From an uncultured Acidobacteriota bacterium (GTDB taxonomy: Bacteria > Acidobacteriota > Vicinamibacteria > Vicinamibacterales > UBA2999): DNA of 64,000 nt. The translations under genes and the position numbers were made by a program. Shown piece by piece: positions 27,645 to 38,608 of the stretch. The notes under the pieces are model-generated. The model did no database searches and was not told the DNA's origin. It saw only the letters and a program-made list of their open reading frames with translations. The stretch spans positions 56,803 through 120,802 of the forward strand of contig CAWEBF010000033.1 of assembly GCA_963807235.1 (NCBI GenBank), in the 5' to 3' direction. How positions within the stretch are numbered: the stretch's first letter is position 1; each line of letters starts with the position of its first letter.

Positions 27645-28799
27645 TCAACGTGCCTTCGTCGCCTGTAGCGCCAGCGCGGTGAGCGCGGCGCAGCACCTGG
27701 TGACGTCCGCGAGGATCACGTATTCCTCCGTGCTGTGCAGGCCGGCTCCGCCGGGTCCGAAGATGGCCGCCGGAATGCCGGCCGCGCCCAGGATGGCCGC
27801 GTCGGTCCAGAAGGTCATGCCGGCGGTGTTCGCGGGACAGCCGGCGGCTTGCGCCGCGTGCGTGAGTTCCAGGGGCAGCGACGACGCCGCATCGATCTCA
27901 TAGGCGTCGCGGCTGAGCATCGCCTTTCGCTCGGCTTCGAATTCCGCGTCGGCGTCCTTGAGCCGCATCACGATGCGATCGATCTCGTCCACGGCGACCG
28001 AACTCGCTTCACCCGGAAGCGTGCGCCGCTCGAACTCGAGCCACGCCCGATCGGGGTAGCTGCTCAACTCCTGCCCGCCGTGAATCAACGACGCATGCAG
28101 GGATGCCGTCCCGAGCAGCGGATGCGTTCGGCCCGCGTGCAGCTCGCCGTCCAGCGCCTCCAGCGCCGCCAGCACGCGTCCCATCCGCAGAATGGCATCG
28201 CGGCCCTCAAGGGGGCGGCTGCCGTGGGCGGCGCGTCCGCGGGTTTCCACGGCCACCCACTGAAACCCTTTGTGCGCCACCGCGACGTCGAGCGCCGTGG
28301 GCTCGGTGACCACGGCTGCGTCGGCGCTCCACGTGCGGACCAGAGCTTCGGCTCCCAGGCTCGAGTGCTCCTCGTCCACTACGGCGGCCACGATGAGCTG
28401 GCCGGCGTCCAGGCCCCCAGCCTCGACGATATGTCGCGCCGCCCCGATCATGGCGGCCACGCCGCCCTTCATGTCCTGGGAGCCGCGGCCGTACAGGCGG
28501 CCGTTTCGCACATCGGGCTCGAACGGGCGGGCCATGCCCGCCACGCCCACTGTGTCGGTGTGTCCGCAGAACATCAACGATCGGCCCGGACGGCGGCCGT
28601 CCAGCACGCCCACGACGTTCGGCCTGCCCGGCGCAACTTCGGTCACATGGACGTCGAGCCCGAGCGAACGCATCTCTTCCGCGATGCGCCGAGCGATCGC
28701 CGACTCCCCTGCCGCGCCTGGCACGAGCGACGGGTTCACCGAGTCGATGGCCACGAGATCGGCGAGCAGGCGACGGAGGGCGTCTGGCGTGCCGCTCAT
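27645..28799 (-). CDS. M20 family metallopeptidase (ArgE/DapE/acetylornithine deacetylase-like)
   Basis: ORF 27645..28868; the start is MSGTPDAL at 28799. Motifs: FCGHTDTV, GRGSQDMKGG, VVDEEHSS, AAHGSRP. Confidence 0.9.
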   Translation of the reverse strand: MSGTPDALRRLLADLVAIDSVNPSLVPGAAGESAIARRIAEEMRSLGLDVHVTEVAPGRPNVVGVLDGRRPGRSLMFCGHTDTVGVAGMARPFEPDVRNGRLYGRGSQDMKGGVAAMIGAARHIVEAGGLDAGQLIVAAVVDEEHSSLGAEALVRTWSADAAVVTEPTALDVAVAHKGFQWVAVETRGRAAHGSRPLEGRDAILRMGRVLAALEALDGELHAGRTHPLLGTASLHASLIHGGQELSSYPDRAWLEFERRTLPGEASSVAVDEIDRIVMRLKDADAEFEAERKAMLSRDAYEIDAASSLPLELTHAAQAAGCPANTAGMTFWTDAAILGAAGIPAAIFGPGGAGLHSTEEYVILADVTRCCAALTALALQATKAR

Positions 28800-28868
28800 G
28801 AGGCTGTAGTACAACACAGTCGGACACCGGCGGGTTCGATCACGCCGCCGGCCACGTCGCGCCCACAC

Positions 28869-30251
28869 ATGGACTCGCCATCAGATTCGCTCGGACCAGT
28901 CACGGCCATCGCACAGACCGTGCAGGCGGCCGGGGGACGCGCACTGGTGGTTGGCGGCTGGGTGCGCGATCGGCTCCTGCAGCGCCCCTCGAAGGACGTG
29001 GATATCGAGGTGTTCGGCGTGCCGGCAGACGCGCTGCACGCGCTGCTGCGCGGCCTGGGGCGCGTCGAGCCGGTGGGCAACAGCTTTCCCGTGTTCAAGG
29101 TCGTGGGACTCGGCGGCGAAGCGCTCGACGTCGCGCTGCCGCGCCGTGAATCGAAGGCCGGCCGCGGGCACCGCGGCTTCGTGGTGGAAGGCGACCCCAC
29201 CATGTCCATTGCGGACGCAGCGCGCCGCCGCGACTTCACGGTCAACGCGATCGCCTGGGATCCGCTGACTGGAGCCTACGAGGATCCGTTCCACGGGCGC
29301 GCGGACCTGTCGCGGAAGGTGCTGCGCGCCGTGGATCCGGACACGTTCGGTGACGACAGCCTGCGCGTGCTGCGCGCCGTGCAATTCGCCGCGCGCTTCG
29401 AGTTCTCGCTGGACCCCGACACGGCCTCGCTGTGCCGCCGGATTCCCCTCGACGATCTGGGCCCGGAGCGCATCTGGGGGGAACTGGAAAAGCTGCTCCT
29501 GCAGGCGGCCCGACCGTCAATCGGGTTCGCGCTGGCGCTGGACCTCGGAATCGTGGACCGCGTGCTGCCGCAGCTGCGGCCGATCGTAGGCTGTCCCCAG
29601 GACTCCGAGTGGCACCCGGAAGGCGACGTGTGGGTGCACACGCTTCTCGTGATGGACGAGGCGCGAGCCGCCAACGCCGACTTGGATCGACCGCGATTGA
29701 CGGCCGTGATGCTGGGCGCGCTGTGTCACGACCTGGGCAAGCCCGCCACCACCGCGTTCATCGACGGACGCCTGCGATCGCCGAACCACGAGCAGGCGGG
29801 CGTGGCGCCCACCGAGGCGCTGCTGGACCGGCTGAACGTGCACTCGATGGAAGGCTATGACGTGCGCGCGCAGGTGCTGGGACTGGTGGCGCACCACCTG
29901 AAGCCGGGGATGTTCCACAAGGCGCCGCAGGTCGGCGACGGCGCGTTCAGGCGGCTCGCGCAGAAAGTGGACCTGGAGCTGCTGGTGCGCGTGGCACGCG
30001 CGGACTGCCGCGGCCGAACGGGCACGTTCGACTGCTCGGCGATGGAATGGTTTCTGGAACGGGCGACGAGGCTTGGGGTGAAACACCGCCCACCCGATCC
30101 GCTGCTGATGGGCCGACATCTGCTCGACCTGGGCGTCGCGCCTGGCCCGCGCGTCGGTGAGGTACTGAAGGCGGTATACGAGCTGCAGCTCGACGGCGAC
30201 GTACAGACGCTCGAGGCCGCGCTCGACGCGGCCCGGCGCCTCTTGCGCTAG
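28869..30251 (+). CDS. cca: CCA-adding tRNA nucleotidyltransferase / poly(A) polymerase family protein with HD domain
   Basis: Distal part of ORF 27735..30251, from ATG 28869. Motifs: VVGGWVRDRLL...KDVDIEV, RRDFTVNAIA, and the HD region LCHDLGKP. Confidence 0.85.
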   Translation: MDSPSDSLGPVTAIAQTVQAAGGRALVVGGWVRDRLLQRPSKDVDIEVFGVPADALHALLRGLGRVEPVGNSFPVFKVVGLGGEALDVALPRRESKAGRGHRGFVVEGDPTMSIADAARRRDFTVNAIAWDPLTGAYEDPFHGRADLSRKVLRAVDPDTFGDDSLRVLRAVQFAARFEFSLDPDTASLCRRIPLDDLGPERIWGELEKLLLQAARPSIGFALALDLGIVDRVLPQLRPIVGCPQDSEWHPEGDVWVHTLLVMDEARAANADLDRPRLTAVMLGALCHDLGKPATTAFIDGRLRSPNHEQAGVAPTEALLDRLNVHSMEGYDVRAQVLGLVAHHLKPGMFHKAPQVGDGAFRRLAQKVDLELLVRVARADCRGRTGTFDCSAMEWFLERATRLGVKHRPPDPLLMGRHLLDLGVAPGPRVGEVLKAVYELQLDGDVQTLEAALDAARRLLR

Positions 30252-30285
30252 CCCCGCACGAAGTGCGGGCAAAAAGATACTGCGA
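30251..30285 (+). repeat. Hairpin + A-tract element, copy 1 (GCCCCGCACGAAGTGCGGGC-AAAAAGATACTGCGA)
   Basis: Begins at the G of the cca stop codon. It is related to the elements at 41200 and 42258 (shared GCCCCGC..GCGGGGC stem and AAAAGRYACTG tail). Confidence 0.6.
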
Positions 30286-30291
30286 CGGCCC

Positions 30292-30522
30292 TTACCAGCG
30301 GCGGCGCGACGCGAGCGCCGCCAGGCCCGCCAGGCCGCCCACGACCAGGAGGGCGCGCATGACCTTGAAGAGATTGATGAACCAGGCGATGCCCAGCCCC
30401 AGCGCCGGCCACTGCACCCACCACTCGCCGGGCGACGTCATCAGGTTGATGACGAACAGGAACGCCAGGATTATCGGGGCGATGAACAGGAACTTCACGG
30501 AGCCGAGTGTGCTGCAAGACAT
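30292..30522 (-). CDS. 2TM-domain small membrane protein
   Basis: 76 aa with two helices (FLFIAPIILAFLFVINL; ALGLGIAWFINLF) and a third hydrophobic C-terminal stretch. Confidence 0.6.
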   Translation of the reverse strand: MSCSTLGSVKFLFIAPIILAFLFVINLMTSPGEWWVQWPALGLGIAWFINLFKVMRALLVVGGLAGLAALASRRRW

Positions 30523-30557
30523 TGTTGGTTCTCGCTTCTCGCTAGCCTGAGACGTGG

Positions 30558-31585
30558 TCAGGCCCTGAAAGGTTCCACCTGGACGGTCGCCGTGGCCGCA
30601 TCGAAGTCGGCCGGCTCGATGTTTCCCCCTGAAATCACCGCCACAACGCCGGATTCGGCTGGTCCAGCCGCCAGCGCCGCCGCCACGCTTACAGCGCCGC
30701 TGGGCTCGACCCGCATGCCCGTCGAATCGTAGATCCAGCGCATGGCTTTGACAATAGAGGCGTCGGTGACGGTCCGAACCTCGTCCACCAGGTTCGAGAC
30801 GTGCAGAAATGTGAGGTCACCGGGCCGCACCGGCAGCAGCCCATCGGCGATGCTGGCCGTGCTGTCCAGCGTGGTCGGCCGGCCCGCCGCCAGCGACGCC
30901 GCCATGCAGGCGGCCCCTTCCGGCTCGACACCGATCACGGCCACGCCGGGCAGCAGCGCCTTCACGACCACCGCGATGCCCGATACCAGCCCGCCACCGC
31001 CCACCGGCACGAACACGGAGCGAAGGGACGGCGCCTGCGCCACGATCTCCAGCCCCACCGTGCCCGCGCCGGCAATGGTGCGCGGGTCGTCGAAGGGCGG
31101 CACCATCACCAGCCCGCGCTCATGCGCTTCCGCGTTCGCTCGCGCTTGCCGCTCCAGCGAGGTCGTGCCCTCGAGGATCACCTCGGCCCCGTAGCCCCGC
31201 GTCTTCTCGATCTTGATGGCCGGCGCATGCGTGGGCATCACCACCACGGCGCGGATGCCGAGCAGCTGCGCGGTACGCGCCACGGCCTGCCCATGGTTCC
31301 CCGACGAGTACGTGATCACGCCGGAGGCCCGCTGTTCCGGCGTCAGCTGCGAGATCAGGTTGTAGGCGCCGCGCAGCTTGAATGCGCCGATGGGCAACAG
31401 CTGCTCGCACTTCAGCGCGAAGGCCTGTGCCCCTGGTGTCGCGGGTCCCACAGGCACGAGCGGCGTTTCGGACACGACGCCGGCCAGCCGGACCGCCGCG
31501 GCGCGCACGTCGTCGATCGTGACCAGCCCCCGGCGCGCGAAGCGCGCCGAAAAAGACGCTGTCGCGGAGGCCAAGGGCGTTGCCA

Positions 31586-31586
<1 letters not shown>
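30558..31586 (-). CDS. PLP-dependent threonine/serine dehydratase (threonine ammonia-lyase, short form without ACT domain)
   Basis: Distal part of ORF 30558..32795. The ATG at 31586 shares one base with the upstream stop (TGATG). Motifs: PLP lysine in PIGAFKLRGAY, YSSGNHGQAVA, VPVGGGGLVSG. Confidence 0.9.
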
Positions 31587-33230
<1,644 letters not shown>

Positions 33231-33247
33231 GAGGCAAGTATAAGGGG

Positions 33248-33283
33248 GGCTCCAGGCTCCAGGCTCCAGGCCCCGGGCTCCAG
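33248..33283. repeat. GGCTCCA heptanucleotide tract, copy 1 (5 units)
   Basis: ggctcca ggctcca ggctcca ggccccg ggctcca, lying between ATG 33230 (minus strand) and ATG 33298 (plus strand). Confidence 0.9.
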
Positions 33284-33297
33284 ATCTATAGTGAGCT

Positions 33298-33522
33298 ATG
33301 GCTCGGTACACGCTGGTCTACGGCATTCGTCTCGTCCCTGAAGGCACGTTGAAGAACACGCAGGATGCGCGGCTCGACCTCGCCGGTGGCGAGACGGCCC
33401 AGGTGACGCTGCACACGATCGACGGCACCATCCCGCAGCTTCGCCGCGCGCTGGACCGCAGCCTCGACGCGTTCTTCGACTTTCTACCGGGTGCCGCCGA
33501 CGAGGACCGTGACGACGACTAG
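33298..33522 (+). CDS. Hypothetical 74-aa acidic protein
   Basis: Third positions are strongly G/C-biased. I recognised no motif. It lies in the part of the minus-strand ORF 33296..34471 that is out of frame for the epimerase. Confidence 0.4.
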   Translation: MARYTLVYGIRLVPEGTLKNTQDARLDLAGGETAQVTLHTIDGTIPQLRRALDRSLDAFFDFLPGAADEDRDDD

Positions 33523-33552
33523 ACGTCAACCAGCCAGGCGCAGCCTCGCCAG

Positions 33553-34471
33553 CTAGGCGGCCTCGCGGGAGGCCCGGAACTCTTCCAGCAGGCGCGCCAC
33601 GCTGCCCGCGATCGAGTGCAGGCTCGGCGTCCATCCGAGCGCGCGCGCACGTGGACTCCGCACCACCTGATCGAGCGCCAGCGCGTCGGCATACGGGCCC
33701 AGCTTGGCGCGGGCCTCGTGCAGCGGCACATGGCGCACGTCGGGGGTCATACGCGTGTGGTGCGAGATGGCGTCCACGATGTCCAGCACCCGCTCGTCGC
33801 CGTGGTCCGTGGCGTGGAACACGCCCTCGGCATCGGGATGGACCGCCAGCCTGCAGGTACAGGTCGGCGAGGTCGCGGTCGTAGACGCACGGCCAATGAT
33901 TGGTGCCGTCCCCAACCACGCGAATCAGGCCGTTTGCGGCGTTTTTCAGCAGGTCCCCGACCAGGCCCTCGGCGCCGCCATAGACGATGCCCGGGCGCAC
34001 GATCACCGCCCGTACACCGGCGGCGCGTGCCTCGCTGACGAGGGTCTGTTCCGGTGTGAGCCGCCACGCGACGTATGGCGTCGGCCGCAGGGCCGTATCT
34101 TCGGTGGCGCCGCTCGGCTGGTGCCCCAGCACCCACGTGCTCGAGGTGTAGATGATGGTGGCCGCCAGGCCTTGCCGTCGCCGGTCGCGCGCCACATCCA
34201 GCATCGTCGCCACGGCCGCGCAGTCCAGTTGAGGTCCGCGCGTGGATCGATCGAAGGCCGTGTGGACCATCACGTCGCAGGTCCGCGCGACAGCCGCGAA
34301 GGAGTCGGGCTTGCTCACGTCGCCCACGATCGTCGACACACCTGCGTTTGCGAGACGCTCGGCCTTGACGGGATGGCGCACCAGCGCCGCCACGTCGTGC
34401 CCGTGCCGTACGAATGCACCGAGCGCCGCGGCACCCACGTATCCCGTGGCGCCGGTCAGGAAGATCCGCAT
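33553..34471 (-). CDS. NAD(P)-dependent epimerase/dehydratase (extended SDR) family protein, one frame break
   Basis: MRIFLTGATGYVGAAALGAFVRHGHDV... is in ORF 33296..34471. The frame switches near 33850 (extra G in CAGG) to ORF 33553..33915 (LAVHPDAEGVFHATDHG...ARALGWTPSLHSI). Confidence 0.8.
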
Positions 34472-34520
34472 GGGGGGATGGGAATTGTATCCCTATCTCT
34501 TCGATTGACAAGGGGGAAGA

Positions 34521-37025
34521 GTGGCGCTGAAAGATAATGCCCTCGTGCGCCGCGAGACACTCCTCGATTTCTTCAATGATCTCGTCGCGCTGCCTGGAGA
34601 GTTCCTCGTGTACGACGACGGTTATCGCCGTCGCGCACATTCCTACAGCGATGTCGGTCGCGCGTCGCGCGGCTTCGCCGCGCGGCTGACGCGACACGGG
34701 CTGCGCAAGGGCGACAAGGTTCTGCTCTGGGGTGAGAACCGTCCGGAGTGGATCGTGTGCTACTGGGGGTGCCTGCTCCTGGGCGTGGTGGTCGTGCCGA
34801 TCGACTATCGCTCCTCACCCACGTTCGCGGCACGCGTGCGCGGCGTGGTGGACGCGCGCGTGGTGATCGTCGGTGACGAGGTGCCGCCCTTCGATCGCGC
34901 ATTCGAGGACGCAGAGGTCTGGCGCCTCTCGGATCTGGACTGGAGGGCAGACGGGCCGATGCCCGAAGTCGTGGTCTCACGCGACGACGTCACGCAAGTC
35001 ATCTTCACGTCTGGCGCGACGGCGGAACCCAAGGGCGTCGTCATCCGGCATCGCAACGTGATGGCCAACGTGGTGCCCGTGGAGCGGGAGGTGCGCAAGT
35101 ACCTCCGCTTCGCACGACCCTTCCTGCCGCTGCGCTTCGTGAACCTGCTGCCCCTCAGCCACATGTTCGGCCAGTCGATGGCCACCAACATCCCGCCGAT
35201 GGTGCGCGGCACGGTCATCTTCACGCGCAGCCTCAATCCGCACGACGTCATCGACCTGATCAGGGCTCGCCGGGTGTCGGTACTGGTCTGCGTCCCGAAG
35301 ATCCTCGACGTCCTGCGTGAGCATGTGGTCCGGCACCTGCCGGAGGCCGCGGAGGCCCCCCCGGCCGGGACTTCCATTCCCGGCCGCTGGTGGCGCTACC
35401 GTCGGGTCCACCGGGCTTTCGGGCTCAAATTCTGGGCTTTTGTGGTGGGGGCGGCCCCCCTGCCCCCCGACCTGGAGGAGTTCTGGCGCCGGATGGGCTT
35501 CGCCGTCGTCCAGGGCTATGGGCTGACCGAAACGGCGCCGATCGTGACCCTGAATCACCCCTTCAAGACCAGCAAGGGGTCGGTGGGCACGCCCATCGAG
35601 GGCGTGGAGCTGCGCATCGCGGACGACGGGGAGATCCTGGTTCGCGGCGAGAACGTGACAAGCGGCTACTACGGCGGCGCTGAAGGCGCGCTGGCCGCCG
35701 ACGGCTGGCTGCACACCGGCGACATCGGGGCGCGCGACGAGCAGGGTCGCGTGTTCATCAAGGGCCGCAAGAAGGAAATGATCGTGACGCCCGATGGTCT
35801 GAACGTGTTCCCCGAGGATGTGGAGCGCGTGGTGGATGCACAGCCGGGCGTGCGCGAGTCGGCGGTCGTCGGCGTGACCCAAGGCGCGCAGGAGCGCGTG
35901 CACGCCGTGGTGGTGCTCGAAGAAGGCGCGGATCTCGACGCCGTGATCCGCGGCGCGAACGCGACGCTACAGGAGCATCAGCGCATTCGCACCGCGTCTC
36001 CATGGACCAGCGAGAGCCTGCCGCGCACCGAGGGCACGCGCAAGCTGCGCCGCGCGGCGATACGGGAGTGGGTGGCGACGGGCGCGCGGCCCATGTCGTC
36101 CGCCGCGGGGAACTCCGTGGAGTCGCTGCTCGAACGCTTCACGCACGGACGTCAGGTGGCCGAGGGCACCACCATCGAAGAGCTGGGGCTCAGCTCACTC
36201 GAGCGCGTGGAGCTGATGGTGGCGCTCGAGGACACGTTCCAGGTTCGCTTCGACGAGTCGCGATTCGCGCAAGCCGCCAGCGTCGCGCAGTTGAAGGAGC
36301 TGGTGGCGGCGAAGCCGGAGAGCGACACGGTCGAGCAGCCGGTGGATTTTCCAGCGTGGAACCGCAGCCGCCCGGTGTGGCTGGTACGCCGCCTTTCGCA
36401 GGCGATCTGGATCCTGCCGCTGGCCCGCGTGTTCGCGCACGCGCGCGTCGAGGGCCTGGAGCACGTGAAGCAGTTGACGGGCCCGGTGGTATTCGCCTCG
36501 AACCACCAGAGCCACTTCGATGTGCCCGTCATCCTGGCCGCGCTGCCGGGCCGCGTGCGGGCCCGTGTGGCGCCGGCCATGGCCAAAGAGTTTTTCAAGG
36601 CGCACTTCTTTCCGGAGGGCCAGCCCTGGCGCGCCCGGCTGTCGAACTCGCTCAACTACTACCTTGCAGCACTCTTCTTCAACGCCTTCCCGCTGCCGCA
36701 GCGCGAGGCGGGCGCCCGCCAGACCTTGAAGTACATCGGAGAACTGACGGGGGGCGGGTGGTCGGTGCTGATCTTCCCGGAGGGTCTGCGGTCCACGACT
36801 GGCAACATCAAGCCCTTCCGCGGCGGCATCGGCATGATCGGATCGCGGCTGGACGTTCCCGTGGTCCCGGTGCGGATCGACAACGTGGACCGCGTCCTGC
36901 CGACGGGCTCGTCGTACGTAAGGCTCGCATCGGTGCGGGTGGCCTTCGGTGCGCCGCTGGCTCTGCGAGGCGACGACTACGCCGCGTTGGCTCAACAGGT
37001 CGAGTCCGCTGTGCGGTCTCTCTAA
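34521..37025 (+). CDS. Tri-domain fusion: AMP-dependent acyl ligase + acyl-carrier (PP-binding) domain + lysophospholipid acyltransferase (AGPAT/LPLAT) domain
   Basis: Intact 834-aa ORF. Adenylation motifs: IFTSGATAEPKGV, GYGLTETAP, WLHTGDIG, KGRKKEMI. Carrier-domain serine: LGLSSLERVEL. Acyltransferase motifs: FASNHQSHFDV (HX4D), IFPEGLRS. Confidence 0.9.
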   Translation: MALKDNALVRRETLLDFFNDLVALPGEFLVYDDGYRRRAHSYSDVGRASRGFAARLTRHGLRKGDKVLLWGENRPEWIVCYWGCLLLGVVVVPIDYRSSPTFAARVRGVVDARVVIVGDEVPPFDRAFEDAEVWRLSDLDWRADGPMPEVVVSRDDVTQVIFTSGATAEPKGVVIRHRNVMANVVPVEREVRKYLRFARPFLPLRFVNLLPLSHMFGQSMATNIPPMVRGTVIFTRSLNPHDVIDLIRARRVSVLVCVPKILDVLREHVVRHLPEAAEAPPAGTSIPGRWWRYRRVHRAFGLKFWAFVVGAAPLPPDLEEFWRRMGFAVVQGYGLTETAPIVTLNHPFKTSKGSVGTPIEGVELRIADDGEILVRGENVTSGYYGGAEGALAADGWLHTGDIGARDEQGRVFIKGRKKEMIVTPDGLNVFPEDVERVVDAQPGVRESAVVGVTQGAQERVHAVVVLEEGADLDAVIRGANATLQEHQRIRTASPWTSESLPRTEGTRKLRRAAIREWVATGARPMSSAAGNSVESLLERFTHGRQVAEGTTIEELGLSSLERVELMVALEDTFQVRFDESRFAQAASVAQLKELVAAKPESDTVEQPVDFPAWNRSRPVWLVRRLSQAIWILPLARVFAHARVEGLEHVKQLTGPVVFASNHQSHFDVPVILAALPGRVRARVAPAMAKEFFKAHFFPEGQPWRARLSNSLNYYLAALFFNAFPLPQREAGARQTLKYIGELTGGGWSVLIFPEGLRSTTGNIKPFRGGIGMIGSRLDVPVVPVRIDNVDRVLPTGSSYVRLASVRVAFGAPLALRGDDYAALAQQVESAVRSL

Positions 37026-37090
37026 TTTTCCTCAATGATTTCTCTTCGTTTGCAAAAGTGCACCTGAAGCTTGCCCACCCGCTGCCACTG

Positions 37091-37106
37091 TGGCACACTC
37101 ATTGCT
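37091..37106 (+). promoter_or_regulatory. Consensus-perfect sigma-54 -24/-12 motif upstream of infA
   Basis: TGGCAC-actca-TTGCT matches 10 of 10 fixed positions and lies in the 108-nt intergenic region. The predicted start is near 37117, with an AAGGA RBS at 37120-37124 and the TTG start at 37134. Confidence 0.45.
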
Positions 37107-37133
37107 TATGCGCGTGAAAAAAGGACCATCAAT

Positions 37134-37352
37134 TTGAGCAAGGACGACCTGATCGACATGCAAGGAACGGTAGTGGCCGTTCACTCCGGCGGTCTCTACA
37201 GGGTGCAGTGCGACGCCGGCCACGAAGTGCTGGCGCAACTCAGCGGCCGCATGCGTCGGTTCCGGATCAAGGTGGTGCCGGGGGACCGCGTCACCGTCGG
37301 CGTATCGCCCTACGATCCCGTCCGCGGCATCATCACGTTTCGCGCGCGGTAG
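37134..37352 (+). CDS. infA: Translation initiation factor IF-1
   Basis: Within ORF 37071..37352. TTG 37134 gives MSKDDLIDMQGTVVAVHSGGLYRVQCDAGHEVLAQLSGRMRRFRIKVVPGDRVTVGVSPYDPVRGIITFRAR. This is collinear with E. coli IF-1 (72 aa, S1-like fold). Confidence 0.9.
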   Translation: MSKDDLIDMQGTVVAVHSGGLYRVQCDAGHEVLAQLSGRMRRFRIKVVPGDRVTVGVSPYDPVRGIITFRAR

Positions 37353-37480
37353 CGCACCATCCCTTGAGTACTCCTACTTCATCCTCGCCCCAACGGCGGC
37401 GTGGCCGCGGCGGGTCGCCACGCGGCCGCCGTCCCGGGCCAGCGCCGAGGCCCGCCGAGCCCGCAACGCTCCCGTACGAG

Positions 37481-38608
37481 ATGGCGCTGTTCGATCCCGC
37501 GCCACTGGGCTTCGATTCAATGAGCCTGGATCCGCGGCTGTTGAGCGGCATCAAGGACCTTGGGTGGTCCCACACCCGGCCGGTGCAAAGCGGTGTGATC
37601 CCGCTGGCGCTGACCGGTGGCGACGTGATCGCCTGCGCCGAAACCGGCACCGGCAAGACGGCGGCGTTCCTGGTGCCGATCCTCCAGCGCTTTCTCACCG
37701 AGGCCGCCCCGGTGCCGCTGCGTACGCGCGCGCTGGTGCTGGCGCCAACCCGCGAGCTGGTGGTGCAGATCGAGGATCAGGTGCAGGGCCTCACTTATCA
37801 CACCACCGTTTCGAGCATCGCCGTCTACGGCGGCGTGCCGATGGATCCGCAGGAGCGCGCGCTCAAGGCTGACGTGGACATGGTGGTGGCCACGCCGGGC
37901 CGTCTGATGGATCACATGCGGCACGACACCACGAACTTCTCGGGCCTCGAAGTGCTGGTCCTCGATGAAGCGGACCGCATGCTGGACATGGGGTTCTGGC
38001 CCGACGTGCAGCGGATCCTTGCAGCGTTGCCGGGCAAACGCCAGACGCTGCTGTTCTCCGCCACGATGCCCTCTGAGGTGTTGAAGCTGACGCAGGAGTT
38101 TCTGCTGGACCCGAAGTACGTGCAGGTGGGCCGCCGCGGCGGCCCTGCGCAGACCATTACGCACAACGTGCGGGAAGTACCGTCGGCCGAAAAGACCAAG
38201 TGGCTCGCGCAGTGGCTGCGTGAGGAGTCCGAGGGCCCCGTCCTGATTTTCTGCCGGACCAAGATCGGCGCCGACCGCCTGGCGACGCGTCTGTCGGGGA
38301 TGGGCATTCGCGCGGCCGCCCTGCACGCCGACCGCACGCAGCAGCAGCGCATGGCTGCGGTCGAAGGATTTCGCACGGGGACGTACCCCGTGCTCGTGGC
38401 CACCGACGTGGCCGCGCGCGGGTTGGACATCGAAGGCATCGCCCACGTGGTCAACTTCGAAGTGCCCGACACACCGGAAGCCTACGTGCACCGCGTGGGC
38501 CGCACCGGCCGCGCCGAAGCCACGGGGAACGCCCTGACCCTGGTGGCGCCGGAGGAAACGCGCGCACTGCGCGCGCTGGAGAAGGCTGTTGGCATCCGAC
38601 TTCAATAA
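37481..38608 (+). CDS. DEAD-box ATP-dependent RNA helicase
   Basis: Q motif (GWSHTRPVQ), AETGTGKT, PTRELV, DEAD (VLDEADRM), SAT, ARGLDI and HRVGRTGRA. An in-frame TTG at 37364 would add an Arg-rich N-terminal tail, so the start is uncertain. Confidence 0.9.
   Translation: MALFDPAPLGFDSMSLDPRLLSGIKDLGWSHTRPVQSGVIPLALTGGDVIACAETGTGKTAAFLVPILQRFLTEAAPVPLRTRALVLAPTRELVVQIEDQVQGLTYHTTVSSIAVYGGVPMDPQERALKADVDMVVATPGRLMDHMRHDTTNFSGLEVLVLDEADRMLDMGFWPDVQRILAALPGKRQTLLFSATMPSEVLKLTQEFLLDPKYVQVGRRGGPAQTITHNVREVPSAEKTKWLAQWLREESEGPVLIFCRTKIGADRLATRLSGMGIRAAALHADRTQQQRMAAVEGFRTGTYPVLVATDVAARGLDIEGIAHVVNFEVPDTPEAYVHRVGRTGRAEATGNALTLVAPEETRALRALEKAVGIRLQ

Noticed and set aside
27735-28868. N-terminal 378 codons of the 838-aa ORF 27735..30251.
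   Set aside because: This part is antisense to the M20 peptidase and has no motifs. The CCA-enzyme homology begins at the internal ATG 28869.
34505-34510. TTGACA hexamer considered as a -35 box for the ligase-fusion gene.
   Set aside because: It lies only 11 nt upstream of the start codon and overlaps the RBS region (GGGGGAAG). It cannot serve as the -35 element of that gene.
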